Assembly: GCA_977030845.1 (NCBI GenBank)
Contig: OZ365112.1
Span: forward strand, 22,072,001-22,136,000
Length of the DNA stretch: 64,000 nt
Direction: 5' to 3'
DNA from: Fimbriosthenelais zetlandica
Taxonomy: Eukaryota
Shown here: positions 14,008 through 27,461 of the stretch, piece by piece
How positions within the stretch are numbered: the first letter of the stretch is position 1
How the letters are laid out: each line of letters starts with the position of its first letter
The notes under the pieces: model-generated
Seen by the model: only the letters and a program-made list of their open reading frames with translations
Database searches by the model: none
What the model was told of the DNA's origin: nothing
Translations under genes and position numbers: made by a program

Positions 14008-14461
14008 ATGGCTTTGGTGGCGGAGCTGGGCAGTGGGAGATCACCTAATTTGAGTTACTCTGTTTTAGGAGTGAGTGAGAATGATGGTGAAGCTCCCATG
14101 TCTGGAGGTTATAACGGGGACATGGGTTTACCTTTTGAGGACTATGACCCTGATAGTCTTGATTTTACCAAGTATATTCCCTACCCGGGGGAGTTGCGCC
14201 ACGTGCCGTTATGGGAAGTGGTGGTGAAAATCCTCTTCTATACCTTCATCATGGTGGTGGCCATCCTGGGTAACCTAGCTGTGGTCATCATTGTGGCCAG
14301 GAACAAGAGGATGTGGACAACCACCAACTTTTACATGGTCAACTTGGCCGTGTCGGACCTCATGGTCACTCTCACTTGTACCTGGGTCCATCTGGTAGAT
14401 GACTTGACGGAGGGCTGGATACTGGGGGCTTTCTTCTGCAAGTTCGACAGCTTTGCTCAAG
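14008..14461 (+). CDS. GPCR-A exon 1: rhodopsin-class (class A) neuropeptide receptor, N-terminus, TM1, TM2, start of TM3
   Basis: The first ATG after an in-frame TAA (13966-13968) starts the ORF. It encodes TM1 GNLAVV, TTTNFYMVNLAVSDL (TM2 LAxxD), WILGAFFCK (ECL1 WxxG and C3.25) and Q3.32. The exon ends CAA G|GTGACT (phase 1). Confidence 0.95.
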
Positions 14462-16199
14462 GTGACTAGAAACCTATTAATTTCTATCCTTATCGTTCAT
14501 AATTTAATCTGTTAACCAAAGTATAGACTCATTGATATCTCAGCTAATGATAAATTGTCCTTGTTTAAAATTAAATTGAATGAATTGAAGGGAAAGGGAT
14601 GGCATAGTATAATGTAGACAAAATGTTCGCTGCATTCACAAAGTGCAGTTTTTAGATGACCTGGACCCTTTATGCAGAATCCTCCCTAATCTGAATTATC
14701 ATAAAGCTCATCCATTCACCCCAGATCTTACTATGACAGGCAATCGGTCCACATAGATATCTCTAAGCTTGGCCAGATTTTCCTATCAGTAAATACGACC
14801 TCTCCGATGAATTTACCAGCAAGACCGATGGGTGGATGATAGCTTTGCAAAGACAGATTAGTCCGCTTAGATTTATGTTGAAAGGTTAAAGCGGTACATT
14901 GGTTGTGCTGCACAAACCTGAGGACAGCATAAATAATGACGAGTTGGTTATACTGCAAGATAAGCTAAGAGATTAGGGCGGCACATTGATTAAGTTTGTC
15001 ATTAGTGATAGTAAAACGATCTGCTTGAGTGTGATTTAGCTCTGCAAGTGTACATGAACTTCATCTGGGCCAGCTGGCATACTCCCCTTGCCAAAAAGGA
15101 GTCAAGTCGTGCTTGTCTCCACTTTGATCCCTAACCAAAATGGCAAATGATACTAAATAAGGGACTAATGGTCACCCCACAATCACTCGAGATTTCTTGA
15201 TCGCGGAGTGACGAGGTTACAAAGGAACACTGGGTTGTTAATGAGAATATATATCAATGAATTGCTTGTAAAAGAAATAGAGTAAAAAAGATAGAAACAC
15301 AAAATTACTCCCATCAATGAAAAGGAAATGAAAGGAAAGAAACCTCATGAATCCGTACATATCATCACAGCCAATATCCCTCCAATATCCCACGCATTCA
15401 TTTTAGTGACTCGCTCCACACAACTCTGTTTTTGCAGGAGTATAGCAAAATGAAAGAATTGAAACGCAGAAAGCTTGAAAAAATGTGGACATGTTGGTTT
15501 AACTATATAAGGCTACTCATTGTTGGTCAGTAGCTTTAGCAAATGTCCAGCTTTAACCCGGTCAGGAGGGTCATAAAGCTCAGCAGCGTGGAAATGAGAT
15601 GGTCGATGGGAAGATCAATACCGCAAATTACAGTCTCGCCCATTACAGCCCCTATTCCTCATTCCCATCATCCTGTACAACGTGAATCCGAACTTCTTCT
15701 TTTTTTACCCATAGCGGCAAAGGGATGGATTTGTAGAAGAAACGACCTGCAAGCTGTTGATTGATACGACAGCAAAGGACCATTGTAGCTGCAAAATCCC
15801 AATTACCGAAATCTAAATTCACTAATATTATTTTATTGAAACCCTGTCCATTTTCATCCATTGGCTTAAAGTATGCACGATTATCGTGCCATATGACGCT
15901 AGGCTTGTCTTAAACTTGATGGGAAATTAATTTAATTAGCACAAAAAAGGCGGTCGGCTGTCCAATTTGAGTGCAGAATGATTTGAAGTGGAATTCATAC
16001 TTGGCTTGCTCATCTGGAAATGAATTGCAGTGCCAAGCTGTTTCCAGTCCCTGGACTAAAATTTCCTCATGTGTCATTTTAATATTTACTCTAGAATCTA
16101 TTGGCCGTTTTCAAATCAATATAAGCCATTAGTCCACAGGTTTTATATTCTGCTGTATGTCATTCATAATTAAATTCCCTAACATTGTCTACAGGGGAT

Positions 16200-19100
16200 T
16201 CTTCTGTTTCTTCGCCAATGCTCCATGCTTAGTCCCACATTTACATGTTTTAATATACATGTATTCCTCATAGAATGAACTTTTTATGCCTTCAAGGAAG
16301 TTATTTACGTAATTAGCCGAGATTGCTTAGAATAGTCTTTATTGGGAAAAATGATTGTGTATGTCACATAATGTAGGCCCTAATGTTCTGATATCTTGTA
16401 TGTAATGCCCATTAGTGTGATTTATAGATTTGTGGATTAGTGTCCTAATGCCAGATTTACATTACAGTATGTAATGTAATGAGGATCTTTTCCAAGGCTT
16501 AGTGTCCCCAAAGGCTACAGATTTAAAACCAATATTCATGTCCTCTCTGGCATGTGCTTTTCTGCCTCAGTCCCCAGACTAACAGCTTATAAAGCTTTTG
16601 AAACACGGTTCCGCGCCTAGAAATGTCTCCCTATCAATTAGCCCGCCTTTGATATAGGTGTTACATTGATCTGTGAAAAATGTGTCTCATCAGAGATCAA
16701 AAGATTAGCAGCACTGCCTCTGCTTTAATAGGAGTATCCAGCTCTAATTGATCAGCATTTCAATGAGTAGTTCTAGCCTTTCAGCTTTAAAACTGGAAAC
16801 GGGAAGGAAAGGCAATAATATTTCCGAAGTATATACCAGTATAATTCTTGAAAGACTTAAAGTTATTGATCATTTTAGTCTTTTAGTGTTAATTGGTTAT
16901 TATCTATTCAATCTATCATAGAAAGTGATCAGTTCAGTATATATATGGACAGGTTTAAGATTTCATCAATTACAGATATGGCTCATTCCGTATGTCCAGA
17001 TCACCCTCCCCTAGCAGGTCTAGATGTAAGCACACTGTCAGACAGTGTTATACGGAATAAAGACAACCTGTTGTGGGAGGATGGTCCAAATGTGCTCGCT
17101 GTGCTTCTTGCCGTTCCTCTGTGGTGAATAATAAGTCTGGATTCCTCTTCCCCATTTAGCTAGACCATCTCAATTTAACCAACAGACCATTGTTCTCCTC
17201 TGATGCTCATTTTCATTTTCTTGATTGAGCTTCTCTATTAACGGTTAAAGGGCAGCTCAAATTTGTGCCGTTGCCTGCCTTCATGGAATTTAATATGTTC
17301 AGCAATCTTAGCAGATTGATTTTTAAATGGATTTACCTCCAGATTATTTACTTGAATGCATGGTTGCAAAATTTGTGAAAACCTTGCTAAGAATAGGCCT
17401 ACCTCAGTTTCACAGTCTCTTATCTTATATTGAGCAATTAATTAGTGAATGGGATGATCTCTAGCTGTCTTGTTCAAAGTCTTTCTGCCATTCAAAGTTT
17501 TTTCTGCCCGTATTGACAGATTGTTGGGTGAGGTTAATCCTTCTCAGAAGTAAAATGGATTCTTCAAGGAAGCGACTACTGTTCTGAAATGCAGCATTCT
17601 AAATACTGGGCAGATAAAACATCATGATACAAAGCTGACCACTTAAAGGAGCTTGGCAAAACAACCCAGTCGTCAGATTAGATATCCGCATAATCGTCCG
17701 CATTTTTTTATCAGGAAAAGTGTTTGAAACCCCACTGAATGCATTAATGTGCGCTGTTTCCCACTCTCTTCTGGTGACAAAAGCCTCCAACGGTTATTCA
17801 GTGTTTTCAGGCTTTTTTCTCATGGTTGTCCTTCTTGTGCGTACTTTCCTAGCGTTCCAGATTAAAATACTCTGCCGACTGAACCAGAAACCGCCTGATT
17901 ACTTGTGTCTCTCCACTGTCCCGGACTTTCATGATTGATGTTCCTGAGAGTGGACTGAAGATTCCAGCTCCTCTCGTGGGATAGCAAGCCAAAAGCTATA
18001 TATATACCCTAAATACATCAATACTTTCAGTGCTAGCCAGTCACGTGTACAATTTGTTTTTATATTTGTCCTTTAAGCACAGTGGGGAACCACATTCTTG
18101 AAAAAAACACTATGTGGATCAGAAGATAATGCAAGGCAAATTTCAATCATTCACGCATCTCTGCTGTGAAATTCCAGACGGATTTAACTGGCTTGGTTAA
18201 ATTCACTCGTCTGCCTGAAGTCAAAAATACCTCGAACAACGAACCCTCCTTCTTTCTTCTCTTTTCAAGCTCATCATAAGTTCGATTTAGCCAATACCGG
18301 ATTCGTCTTCAGATGACAAGTTGTGCCAATACTGTTCTTGATTACACTCAAGGACATTTTGTTGTTTTCTAAATCTTTCAGACGTCTTCATTAAAAAAAA
18401 GACTGTCGTCTGCTGCGATTTTGTTGTTGGGTTTTGGTGGTGCAAGGTTTCACTTTCACACGGGGACACATGTCAGAAGTGTGAATAGAAAGACCCCTCA
18501 GAAAGGAGGGGATGGAAAGCAAGGAGACATTGAAGCTGACCAGTTCCATTTTGAAATGAATGCCTTTCAGTCAGTCAGGAATCAGGTCGTTTCCAAGATA
18601 AACAATCATCGTAGATTTCTGCCTGCGTGGCAGTTTCTAATTCCAGCTTAGCTCCATTTTCCAGGAGAACACTGAATTTGAATAGCCCTATTGAGCTCGT
18701 GTCGAGCATATGAGGGTTCTATTTTTATGTGAGCCTCTGGCAAAATAATCTTTTTAATGATGGTCAATAGATTCATCTATCTAGCCACCCACTAGTTCGA
18801 CTTTTCATCAGATGATCAGTGTTTTCACTCAAGAAATCTTTAACTTTATTCATTTAGAATGCTTTTCCCTAATTCTGATGGCATTAATAAACTTTCTAAC
18901 AATAGTTCAAGCACGTATTTCGATTAGCCTCAAGAAAAATTTGTCCATATTTAAACGTTATTATAGGGAATTAAATTGCCATTGGTTGAACTTCCTCATC
19001 CTGCAGCACCATTTGTCTTTGTAATCTTCCATGATAAAGCAGTAAGAAATTTGTTGGTGGTAAAAGTTATAAATTCTCTCAATCAACTTCTTTCATTGCT

Positions 19101-19400
19101 CTCAGGTAAAAAAAACTTCACTCGAATGGTCTGTCTGATACTAATGGCAGTTATCTCCAGCTGTTTTTATCAGTTATCGCCTTGTAATTTTGCCTCTTTA
19201 GTTGAATTGCATTAACAGCTATTTATGTTTAAAGCAATTGGTGTGGAAATCACTCTGCTTAGGGAATTTGAAGGAAAGTAGCCCAACTTTGTTAAAATTT
19301 TGTCTCAAGTCAAGCACAGGCAATTTCCTTAGCCCGCTCAAATTGAAGGAAATTCACACCCTAGTAAAACTCTTTGAATAATAATGGAAGATAACCGGCC
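16200..19400 (-). mobile_element. Highly decayed BEL/Pao-like LTR-retrotransposon relic within GPCR-A intron 1
   Basis: Broken minus frames show words in Pao gag-pro-pol order: KQLEI (KLPxLEI-like), VIRRFLVQS (protease-like), HKFELPF (YEVxLPF-like), ILPQQVVFIP (17082-17053; YLPHHxV-like) and LSDSVLTSRP (SLNDxLxxGP-like). There is no intact ORF and the boundaries are approximate. Confidence 0.35.
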
Positions 19401-20903
19401 TTTTGTTCACCAAGCTGACGTGACTAACACATTTAGAGGAGGTTTTGTAAGGAAATCTCCATTGGTGGAGTTTAAGCAGTGTAATCATGGAACAATCTAG
19501 GACCATCAAAGACTCTCATTACACGCCTATGGTTGCCATGGCATTATCGTCTGTCACTATTCCTCCCTTGATGATTATGATCACTAGAGTCACTTTAATT
19601 CTCTTCACATTATTTTATCTTCTCATTTTGTTGCATGCATTGGACTGCAGGGTTTCGAGGAGATTTATCCACTTTCCATGGGCAATTGTGAAAGTTAAAG
19701 GAGTGTGATTTATCTCGCCTGAAAGCTGTTGCAATTTACAATCCATGGCAAACATAATTATGTAATTTGGTGAATATAATAGGACCTGTATACTATTTAC
19801 AATTCACAGCACCTACAGATAGTTGGGTATGGACTTTTAAAGGCGTTGGGTACTCATTCTGAGTTTTCTTACTGTTTGCAGCCTGATCCTACTTTAGTCA
19901 ATCCCCCTGGGGACTCAATCAAACCCCTCTGTATCCGGAGTGTCAAGAAGACGGATAATTTATAGAATGTGGGGCTAGCTGTCACTGCCTCCAAGTGCCA
20001 CTAACCGATAGGCTGGTCGCTATCTTACCACCGTCCCTCAGATGTTGAAGGGCACAAGAGTTGATATGGGGAAATCAGACTACCCCAACTCTGGCCAGCT
20101 TGGAATTGAGCATTGACCACCACTAACGACTGGTCACTTGGATCAATTTGATGGATGCGCCAAAAGGACTTTCTTGGGGGTATCAGGGTGAGTTCTGTCC
20201 ATCTGGAGTCTGAAATGCTTGCCTATCATTGAGTGCAATGTATTTGATATATGAATATGTGTTGGGGTCGACAGGGGTAGGCTGATATTTGCCATTCGTT
20301 CACTCTGGTGGGACAACTCTATCAGTTTCTTTTTGGCGATGCGATGAAGCAGGGTGCCAAGATGCATGCTCCATTAGTGATGGAAGGCGCCCCAGCATTT
20401 AGTCCTACTCTGGCTGATGTGACACATTTCATGTGCCGTGGTTCTCCACACGATGGACATGGAAAACAGCAATGTTTCATGGATAAAAACGACCCCTGAG
20501 GCTGTCAAAATGATTACATGTCTCCCCACATAGATGATAATTGGATCAAGGCTTTATCTGACCGAGGGCTAATAAGTCCACCATTGCTTCCATGTCCCTC
20601 ATCCATCGTAAAGCCCTTCTTTCAACTACATTAACCTGAAGCCAGTCTTTCTGGGATTTCATGATTCATATATTGATTTCTTGAGAATGAAGTTCATCGT
20701 GAGTGTGTTAAGGATTTGCGTGATTATCGTTATTGCTGAATCAAATTGATTGTCAACCCAGTCAAATTATCATGCAAGAATGCATGCACCTGATCTTTTT
20801 AACATACAGAGAGTATCATCGACTTTCCTCACAGCTGTCCTATTTCTTTTGACCCATTCAATTCTGCGTATATTGTGTCTTCAAAAGGCATATTGACAGG
20901 ACT

Positions 20904-20942
20904 CCCCCCCCCCCCCCACACACACACACACCCACACACACA
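20904..20942. repeat. Poly-C run plus (CA)n microsatellite
   Basis: C14 followed directly by a CA dinucleotide array. Confidence 0.9.
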
Positions 20943-23736
20943 CAAAAACCAAAAAGGATATCCCTATTTTGAGTTCTGGGCCAGAACTGCTCGGCCTCAG
21001 GCTGTTATCACTGTCTACACGGCCAGGGTTGATATTTCTCCCATTAGGTTCCGTTCTTCATTTCATGTTAATAATAGCTTGTTTCGATGGATGACTTCTA
21101 GTGGCAGCATGATTTATGTTCCCAGTTTCATTGCTTAAGAATGCGATTATTCCCACAGGTCAATATCCTGTCACTTCATAACAATCTGTTTTTCAGATAA
21201 GATTTCCCCAGATGAGTCAATGACTCCTGGAGGATTTTATACAAGTCCAGCTACGAAATTACATTTGTAGTCAAGGGAAAGAGGTGCACATTCATTTTGT
21301 TTCTTATGCAGCCCAGTCATGACTAATTGTCTTTGATTAATACAAAAGCAGCTCCCCCAAAAAAATGACCGAAATGGATCATGAAAAATGATGTTGGTGT
21401 TGTCATTGAACTTTAAGTTCTCTGGAAGAAATATATGCAGCTATATATGCATCTATCACAGGCCCTAATACTTGGTACCAGGGCCACGTATTTTGAGTTG
21501 AATGCATGGTGCCATGTAGAAGAAAGGAACTAAATCTTGTACTTGAAGGTTGGAATTTCTTTGTTGATCTAACGGCCTTACATGGGCTTGAATTGGTCTA
21601 TCATCAACTTAGAGATGCAGCCAGACCTTTCTAGCTGATGACAGTCGTGTTTGCTATGCTCTCAACACGACAGCCTTGTAATTCAGTGGGAATTGGCTGG
21701 AGACAGGTGGCTTACTTGTTTTAAATCTTCATTTCACTATGCTACTCATCAAGCTTTACAAGTGACTCCTGCATATCCCTAGATGCTTGTCCTTAATCAT
21801 TTCACACCAACACTGGCCGTGGTTTGGCATACAGGATTTTTGTCCTGGTCTTTATGCTTTCTATTCAAGCGTTCTTCTAACAAGGGCTACCCACTGGCAA
21901 ATATTTCCAGACGACATTGCTAATTTGTATTCACCCTGCCTTAACTAGAACCTGGGAGAAAGGCTGTCCCTGTAATCACTTCTGGTCTGTTCATTTTCTG
22001 CTTCATATGCTACCAACTGAATCACTTCCTAGGTAGCACTCAAACATGCTCCTAAAACTTTCAGACATGATTAATTACATTAATACCCTATTGGAATTTT
22101 ATCACCAGCAGAGCAGGCGCGGAGCCTTCTTAACTCTTCACCACTGTTGCAGGTGCTGATTGTGGTAACAAGTTTTCTAATTCAACATTACCCCAATCCA
22201 CAAGTCACATATTATGGAATTAATTCCAGATGAGGCTTTCTGACTAAAGATGCAAGTCAAGGAAAAGGTTAATGGGGTGGGGTGCTGCAAGCTGGCTTCA
22301 AGAGTGGTTTGTGTATTTAATTCTATTAAGTGCTGTCTTGTGTGATTCACCTCTCCTGGCCTCATGGCATGCATGGCCCATTTATGTGAATGACTAATCC
22401 TATCATCATCTCAACCTATACGAGGCAGGCTTTGCATTCATTCACGTTGTCAAGTGTTTCCTGCCGAAAGCTTCGGATGAGCGTTGGGCTTCTGCCTCGT
22501 GACTGCCACAGATTCTCTTTTACGGTCAGAAATTGGTTGGGAATGCCATTTTATGGGCATTATGCACACCTCAACCTCAGGAATGAGTTGTTTTCATTGA
22601 TGGACATTGGGTATATAGCGTCAAAGTACATTGCCTTACTGTGGATACCACCTTAATGGGACTGAGGACAATCATTAGCCTTGTCAGGGCCAATTGTTAG
22701 GCTTCCTTCCCACTCCCTATAGACCTAACATCCCGGCTCACATACTATTAGGTCCTTGGCTTTCCCATGCTCTCTATAGACCTTAGATATACCATTGATC
22801 CCTTGTATCACCTGCTTAGGGCAGTTACTGAATTTGTATGAAGTATATCTATTATGTATTGTAGATCAAGTGGATCCACCCATATAAAAATGTATAGCAT
22901 AACAACTTTTTATAATGGTAAACTTCTAACTTCAATTAACCAGGTAATTTATAATCTATGATAATTTTTTAGCAATAGTGGAAGAGATTATTCTTTTCAC
23001 ATGTAGTGTCAGTGGATCTCGTACATTGGCATGAAAAAGGACTCCCTGCCATTGGTAATGCTAAGTTATTACCGAGTCCAAATAGCCTCCTTTGTTTGTC
23101 CCTTGCCCTGGTGTCATTTAGGAGTCCTCAGGGATGCCAGTGATAGCACCAACAACAAAGATTAGATTACAAGCTTGGCAAGTCCCTATCCATCCCCCCA
23201 TTCTCTTGATTGGCAACTCATTTCATGCCGATGGACTGCTGAGAGGGGAGGTGTTATGGTTGTGTTACCAAATGTCTAGAGCAACTGATTGTGTCCACAA
23301 ATCATTGAATCGTTACATTGATGATACTGCATACTGTTGATACACATTTTTTGTAAATATTACGTATTTTTTTTATGAAGTTAATTGAAGTTTGCTCTTT
23401 AATTTCATTTATGATCATGGATAAATTGATGACAATTGAAATGTGAAATTGGGGATGCCCCTCGATGCCGATGCTTAGTGGGCTAAATATCGGTTCCTGT
23501 GGGACGCAGGACTGTCTCATGTTTGTCGGGTCATATAAGGTGTCATTAGCCAATAATTTGTGTAAAGCACTGTAACAGTTGCATAGCTTCAAAACCAATG
23601 TAAGTTAGAAGGTGTTGCCCAACCCAGCATACTTATATAAGTGTGTTCTGATTAAGAGTGCTGAATGCGTTCTTCAAGTCTATAAGTATGTCAACTGTAT
23701 GAAGTACGACCCCAACCCCATACTTATTCAAATCAG

Positions 23737-23768
23737 CCCCCGCCCCTCCCCCCCCCCCCCCCCCCCCC
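23737..23768. repeat. Poly-C tract (21 consecutive C at 23748-23768)
   Basis: Read directly from the sequence. Confidence 0.9.
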
Positions 23769-23819
23769 ACTCCCAGAAAGTCCCGACAACGCCCTGGAAT
23801 GGAATTTGACATCTATAGA

Positions 23820-24600
23820 GGATCACTTGGTCTCAACACATGAGACCTGGGTGTGTAATCTAGTCTCCCCTATGATAACCACTGGCCTTTTTATTGCCAG
23901 AAGTGGTACACCTGACCGGACAAGAATTAGCAAACTGCTTTTGTTGATTCTGGAATTTGAATCTGGGGCTGAATAGGGACGAAGAGGTACCCTTCCACGT
24001 TTAGCTAATGTTAACACAGTCCACATGGGAGATTCCTATTCCTGCACTTCCTGATGTACTTCCTGTACAGAATAACAATGGTCGATCCCCCCTCAGTAGA
24101 TAGTTCTGTTTGGCACCTTGTTGTTTCCCATGGCCTATGACTATGCTTGACTGAAAGGCTACATGTAGGATGCCAGGATTCAGTCGTGCCCATTGTGATG
24201 TATTACAATATGTTAGGTCTATAATTGATTGGCTACCTTGGAATCGTAATACAATCCTACTGTATACTTAGTACTCGCAATAGATCTTTGAAAATGTTGT
24301 GTTGGTTTCCTTGACAGTCATTCTGCTACCAAAGTGGACAACTGTACACATCTTCCGGTAGCTTATCAGCCCCAGGAGAAATGCTCCTGTTAAATGCTAG
24401 AAGAGTATACCTCAAGGCGCAAGTTTCTGTCCTCCATGAGTCCCTGGAGATATGACAAGCACCTTTTAGGATCTCTTAGTGAGCAGGGCTGACCCTGAAA
24501 GCCTTCTGCTCCTTTAAGAAACTCCATGTGAAAAACAGTACCCAAGGGGAACAGCAACACACCATTTTGACTGACAGGCTCTGAGTCGCATTGCAATGCA
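23820..24600 (-). mobile_element. Possible decayed DIRS-like RNase H region
   Basis: Minus frames contain GNNKVPNRTIY*GGST (compare DNxTVVxYINxQGGT) and DSNSRINK (compare DLFASRxN). The match is interrupted and weak. Confidence 0.25.
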
Positions 24601-24910
24601 GGAAACGGTGTAGGTTGTTGGGTATATATGTATACAATAGCAGAAAGGCCTTAAGGGGCTTTGCTGACTTTCCTTGATAACTTACGCCCAGACGGCCATC
24701 TAAGGCCAGCTTCCCCTATCTTTCACATAGAATGTATTTGATCTGAGAAACACATGAAAAGAAGGTCTAGGCTTGTCTATAACGATATGATTATAACAAC
24801 TGTGATATTTAGACACAGAGGATGCTTATATTGATATCAATTCATTGAGCATCTCTGATCTTGAGTGGCACAATTGCTTACTACAGTTCTCCAATTCCAA
24901 CAGTTCTCAT

Positions 24911-24982
24911 AATGTTTATTGGCTTCTCAGTCTGTTTCAGTAATGGAATGTTTATTGGCTTCTCAGTTTGTTTCAATAATGG
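24911..24982. repeat. 36-bp tandem duplication (2 copies)
   Basis: AATGTTTATTGGCTTCTCAGTCTGTTTCAGTAATGG followed by AATGTTTATTGGCTTCTCAGTTTGTTTCAATAATGG. Confidence 0.9.
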
Positions 24983-25972
24983 TAAACAATTCATGGTCTT
25001 TAATTCTTGGACTGAATTCTATGCTATTTAACTATACCCTACACGTCCATAGCCCACACCGCCTTCAATTACAAATGATTGCTCACTCTGGTACCTCACC
25101 GTCAGTATCTAAATTTCATCAATTCTGCCTTGGTGGTGCACCCTCCTTCTTAGACCTGTGATAACACCCATTGAAGAAAAACAGGCCTTCTAATATCTGA
25201 CACCCTGAAGACGTCCTCCAGAAGACCAATTATGACATTTTTATTCTGCTGAAAACGAGTTATGTGGTCCGATGCCAGTGTAATTGGTGTCGTGAACTGA
25301 AAGCCCCTGGTTCATTGAAACAGGAACTCAAGATGGAGGATCGAGAGGGTAGGCTTTTTATGCTGTAGCTCTTCACCAGAAGCTAAAAGCTGAAGGTGCT
25401 GAATCAATTAGGTAATGGTTTTCTGATTGATACTGGCTGGCGGGAAATCTTTTTTTTGAAGAAACTTAAAGGACCGCTGTCAAGCACAGCTCAAGAAGAT
25501 GGACCAAAACACACTAGTGTTTATGCCTTGATTATTGGGTTGTGTACATTTAGAACATACCCAACTGTTCTAATTGTTTAACAGGCGCATGGATAAAGTG
25601 AAATCTACTTCTGAAAAATGTGGAGGTTGTTTCATGTTAGCCTTAGAAACATGTAGGACCTTATGCCAGTGATTTGTAATGTCAATGCAGTATTTATTAT
25701 ATATGGAGTCATAACTATGACATGTAACATTGGTTCATGCAAGTACTCAAAATAATCTTTATTGCATCTGAGGTAAATTGACACTCCATGCAGTGATAAA
25801 TTGACCCAATGTTATGTGATGTTGATAAAAGTCTTTAAATCGTTCTTATTCAAGTGCAGAATTAAAATATTGACATTTAACAAATTGAGTGAGAAGCCAG
25901 GCGGTCTAGAGTGAACATTCTGACCATTAGGTGACATAGAATCCTGCCGTCCATGTTTACCTGTGCGTCTGT

Positions 25973-26290
25973 TCATCTATAGATGGTAGACGCCATTGAA
26001 TTACAGGTACAGGTTGGCCGGGCGACCGTCTGGCAGCCACAACCTGTGCTGACTTGGGGAGCAATGGTGGAGAAGGAGAGTGGGGCTGGCTGACGGCAGC
26101 TACAGCCGGTTTTGGGAGCCTCCATGTTGATCACCTTCACGTCAGATGACGTTTTGCATTGGCATTTCCGGCGTGGTGGCGCAAGGCAAAGGTGGTCACA
26201 TCCCAAACCGCCAACACATCCATAACATCCATCCTCACCCTGGCAACAGCAGCAGTAGATGACTGCTATGATGACTGCTAAGAGAATCAG
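25973..26290 (-). CDS. Nested Cys-rich type I membrane protein, exon 6 (end of TM, CCCC, Cys-rich cytoplasmic tail, stop)
   Basis: Acceptor TTCTCCTTTCCAG, phase 0. Translation LILLAVIIAVIYCCCCQGEDGCYGCVGGLGCDHLCLAPPRRKCQCK...TCTCNSMASTIYR*. It matches ORF-track 25973..26323 minus 11 intronic codons. Confidence 0.9.
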   Translation of the reverse strand: MILLAVIIAVIYCCCCQGEDGCYGCVGGLGCDHLCLAPPRRKCQCKTSSDVKVINMEAPKTGCSCRQPAPLSFSTIAPQVSTGCGCQTVARPTCTCNSMASTIYR

Positions 26291-26410
26291 CTGGAAAGGA
26301 GAAAAGTATATTGTTATTTCCATTAGACAGAGTATGGTATTTCCCTTGTGTTCAAAATGTTGAATGCTCTATTTGTGGTTTCTTTGTTGTTGAGATTTTC
26401 GAATACTTAC

Positions 26411-26460
26411 ACATCCTACGACGCATCCTATAATAAGTGCCAGATCGGTTTCATATTCCT
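26411..26460 (-). CDS. Nested Cys-rich membrane protein, exon 5 (50 nt; start of TM)
   Basis: TATTCTTCGCAG|...|GTAAGT. Phase 1 to phase 0, (E)EYETDLALIIGCVVGC, joining in frame to exon 6 to give the TM LALIIGCVVGCLILLAVIIAVIY. Confidence 0.9.
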
Positions 26461-26662
26461 CTGCGAAGAATAATATTAATGGATGAAATTAGTCAAGGTG
26501 ATGACACGTGTTGTACTAGACTTGTTTAAATCATACCTATCATTAAGTGTTGGTTAGGTTCGTAATGAAAAGGTTTGTTGAATAGTGGTAGTTACAAATT
26601 TTCCCAAAATTTTTAAATAATATCTTTAGTATAATAATAATAATTGATATAGGAGTTCCTAC

Positions 26663-26776
26663 CACAGCAGACATAGTCATCAGTGCAGTATGTTCCACTC
26701 GGGCAGTCATCCGACCAACATGACATAGGTCTTCTTGGGTTACCCCATTCCATGGGATCCCCGCTTGGACATGATG
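26663..26776 (-). CDS. Nested Cys-rich membrane protein, exon 4 (lustrin/WR1-like 6-Cys module)
   Basis: TTTACTATAG|...G|GTAGGA. A symmetric phase 1-1 exon encoding (A)SCPSGDPMEWGNPRRPMSCWSDDCPSGTYCTDDYVCC, which has the CPxGxP...C....CPxGxxC.....CC pattern of lustrin-type cysteine repeats. Confidence 0.88.
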
Positions 26777-26955
26777 CTATAGTAAATAACAATTAGGCTG
26801 CAGGTTAAAGATAGGCTCAAGTTAAAACATTGTTATTTGATAGCAATCATATTTTGTATCGCACATTAGGCATCATTTTGTATCCTATTTCTTCAGGTGA
26901 TTACCACTGGTGCAGTGATGATATACATACATAATTTTAGTGTTGCAGTATTTAC

Positions 26956-27031
26956 CTTTATAACAATAAGGTGTTTGAGAGTTCACCATGCGACATGCCT
27001 CCGTTGCCCCACAAGGATAGTACTCATAATC
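26956..27031 (-). CDS. Nested Cys-rich membrane protein, exon 3 (follistatin-N-like module)
   Basis: GTCATCAG|...AAAG|GTAAAT. Phase 0 to phase 1, DYEYYPCGATEACRMVNSQTPYCYK. The C-x5-CRM-x5-P-x-C spacing recalls follistatin FOLN (CGPGKKCRMNKKNKPRC). Confidence 0.85.
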
Positions 27032-27461
27032 CTGATGACATAACATAACATAACAAAGTTTAGTTTCATAATCATAAGGCAGTCGTTGGTCTCTCATATG
27101 ATGGGTTTATGAGTAAATAACTAGTATTATTCTTCCATCCTCCCCATGCCTGTTATGGGTGATTACCAGCTCGCACTCTTGATTACTCAAGTTTTTCGTA
27201 TGATTTTCAGCTGGGGGCTCTTTCTATGTGCATTACTACATTGCCTTCTTTGCAATGGATATAGCAGGCCATCTTTCCTCCGTTTTGGTGTGCAAGCATT
27301 TGGACCTGGCTAGGGCGGACCCATGCATTTTTCACGTTCTTAGACTTTGATTCCTTAAGAAATTTAGTATTTTAATGATAATGTAACTAACAGTTGAGGT
27401 ACACAAATTATACTCTTTAGCCTGCTGAATCTTTACTTTACCGAAAATGAAAACTACTTAC

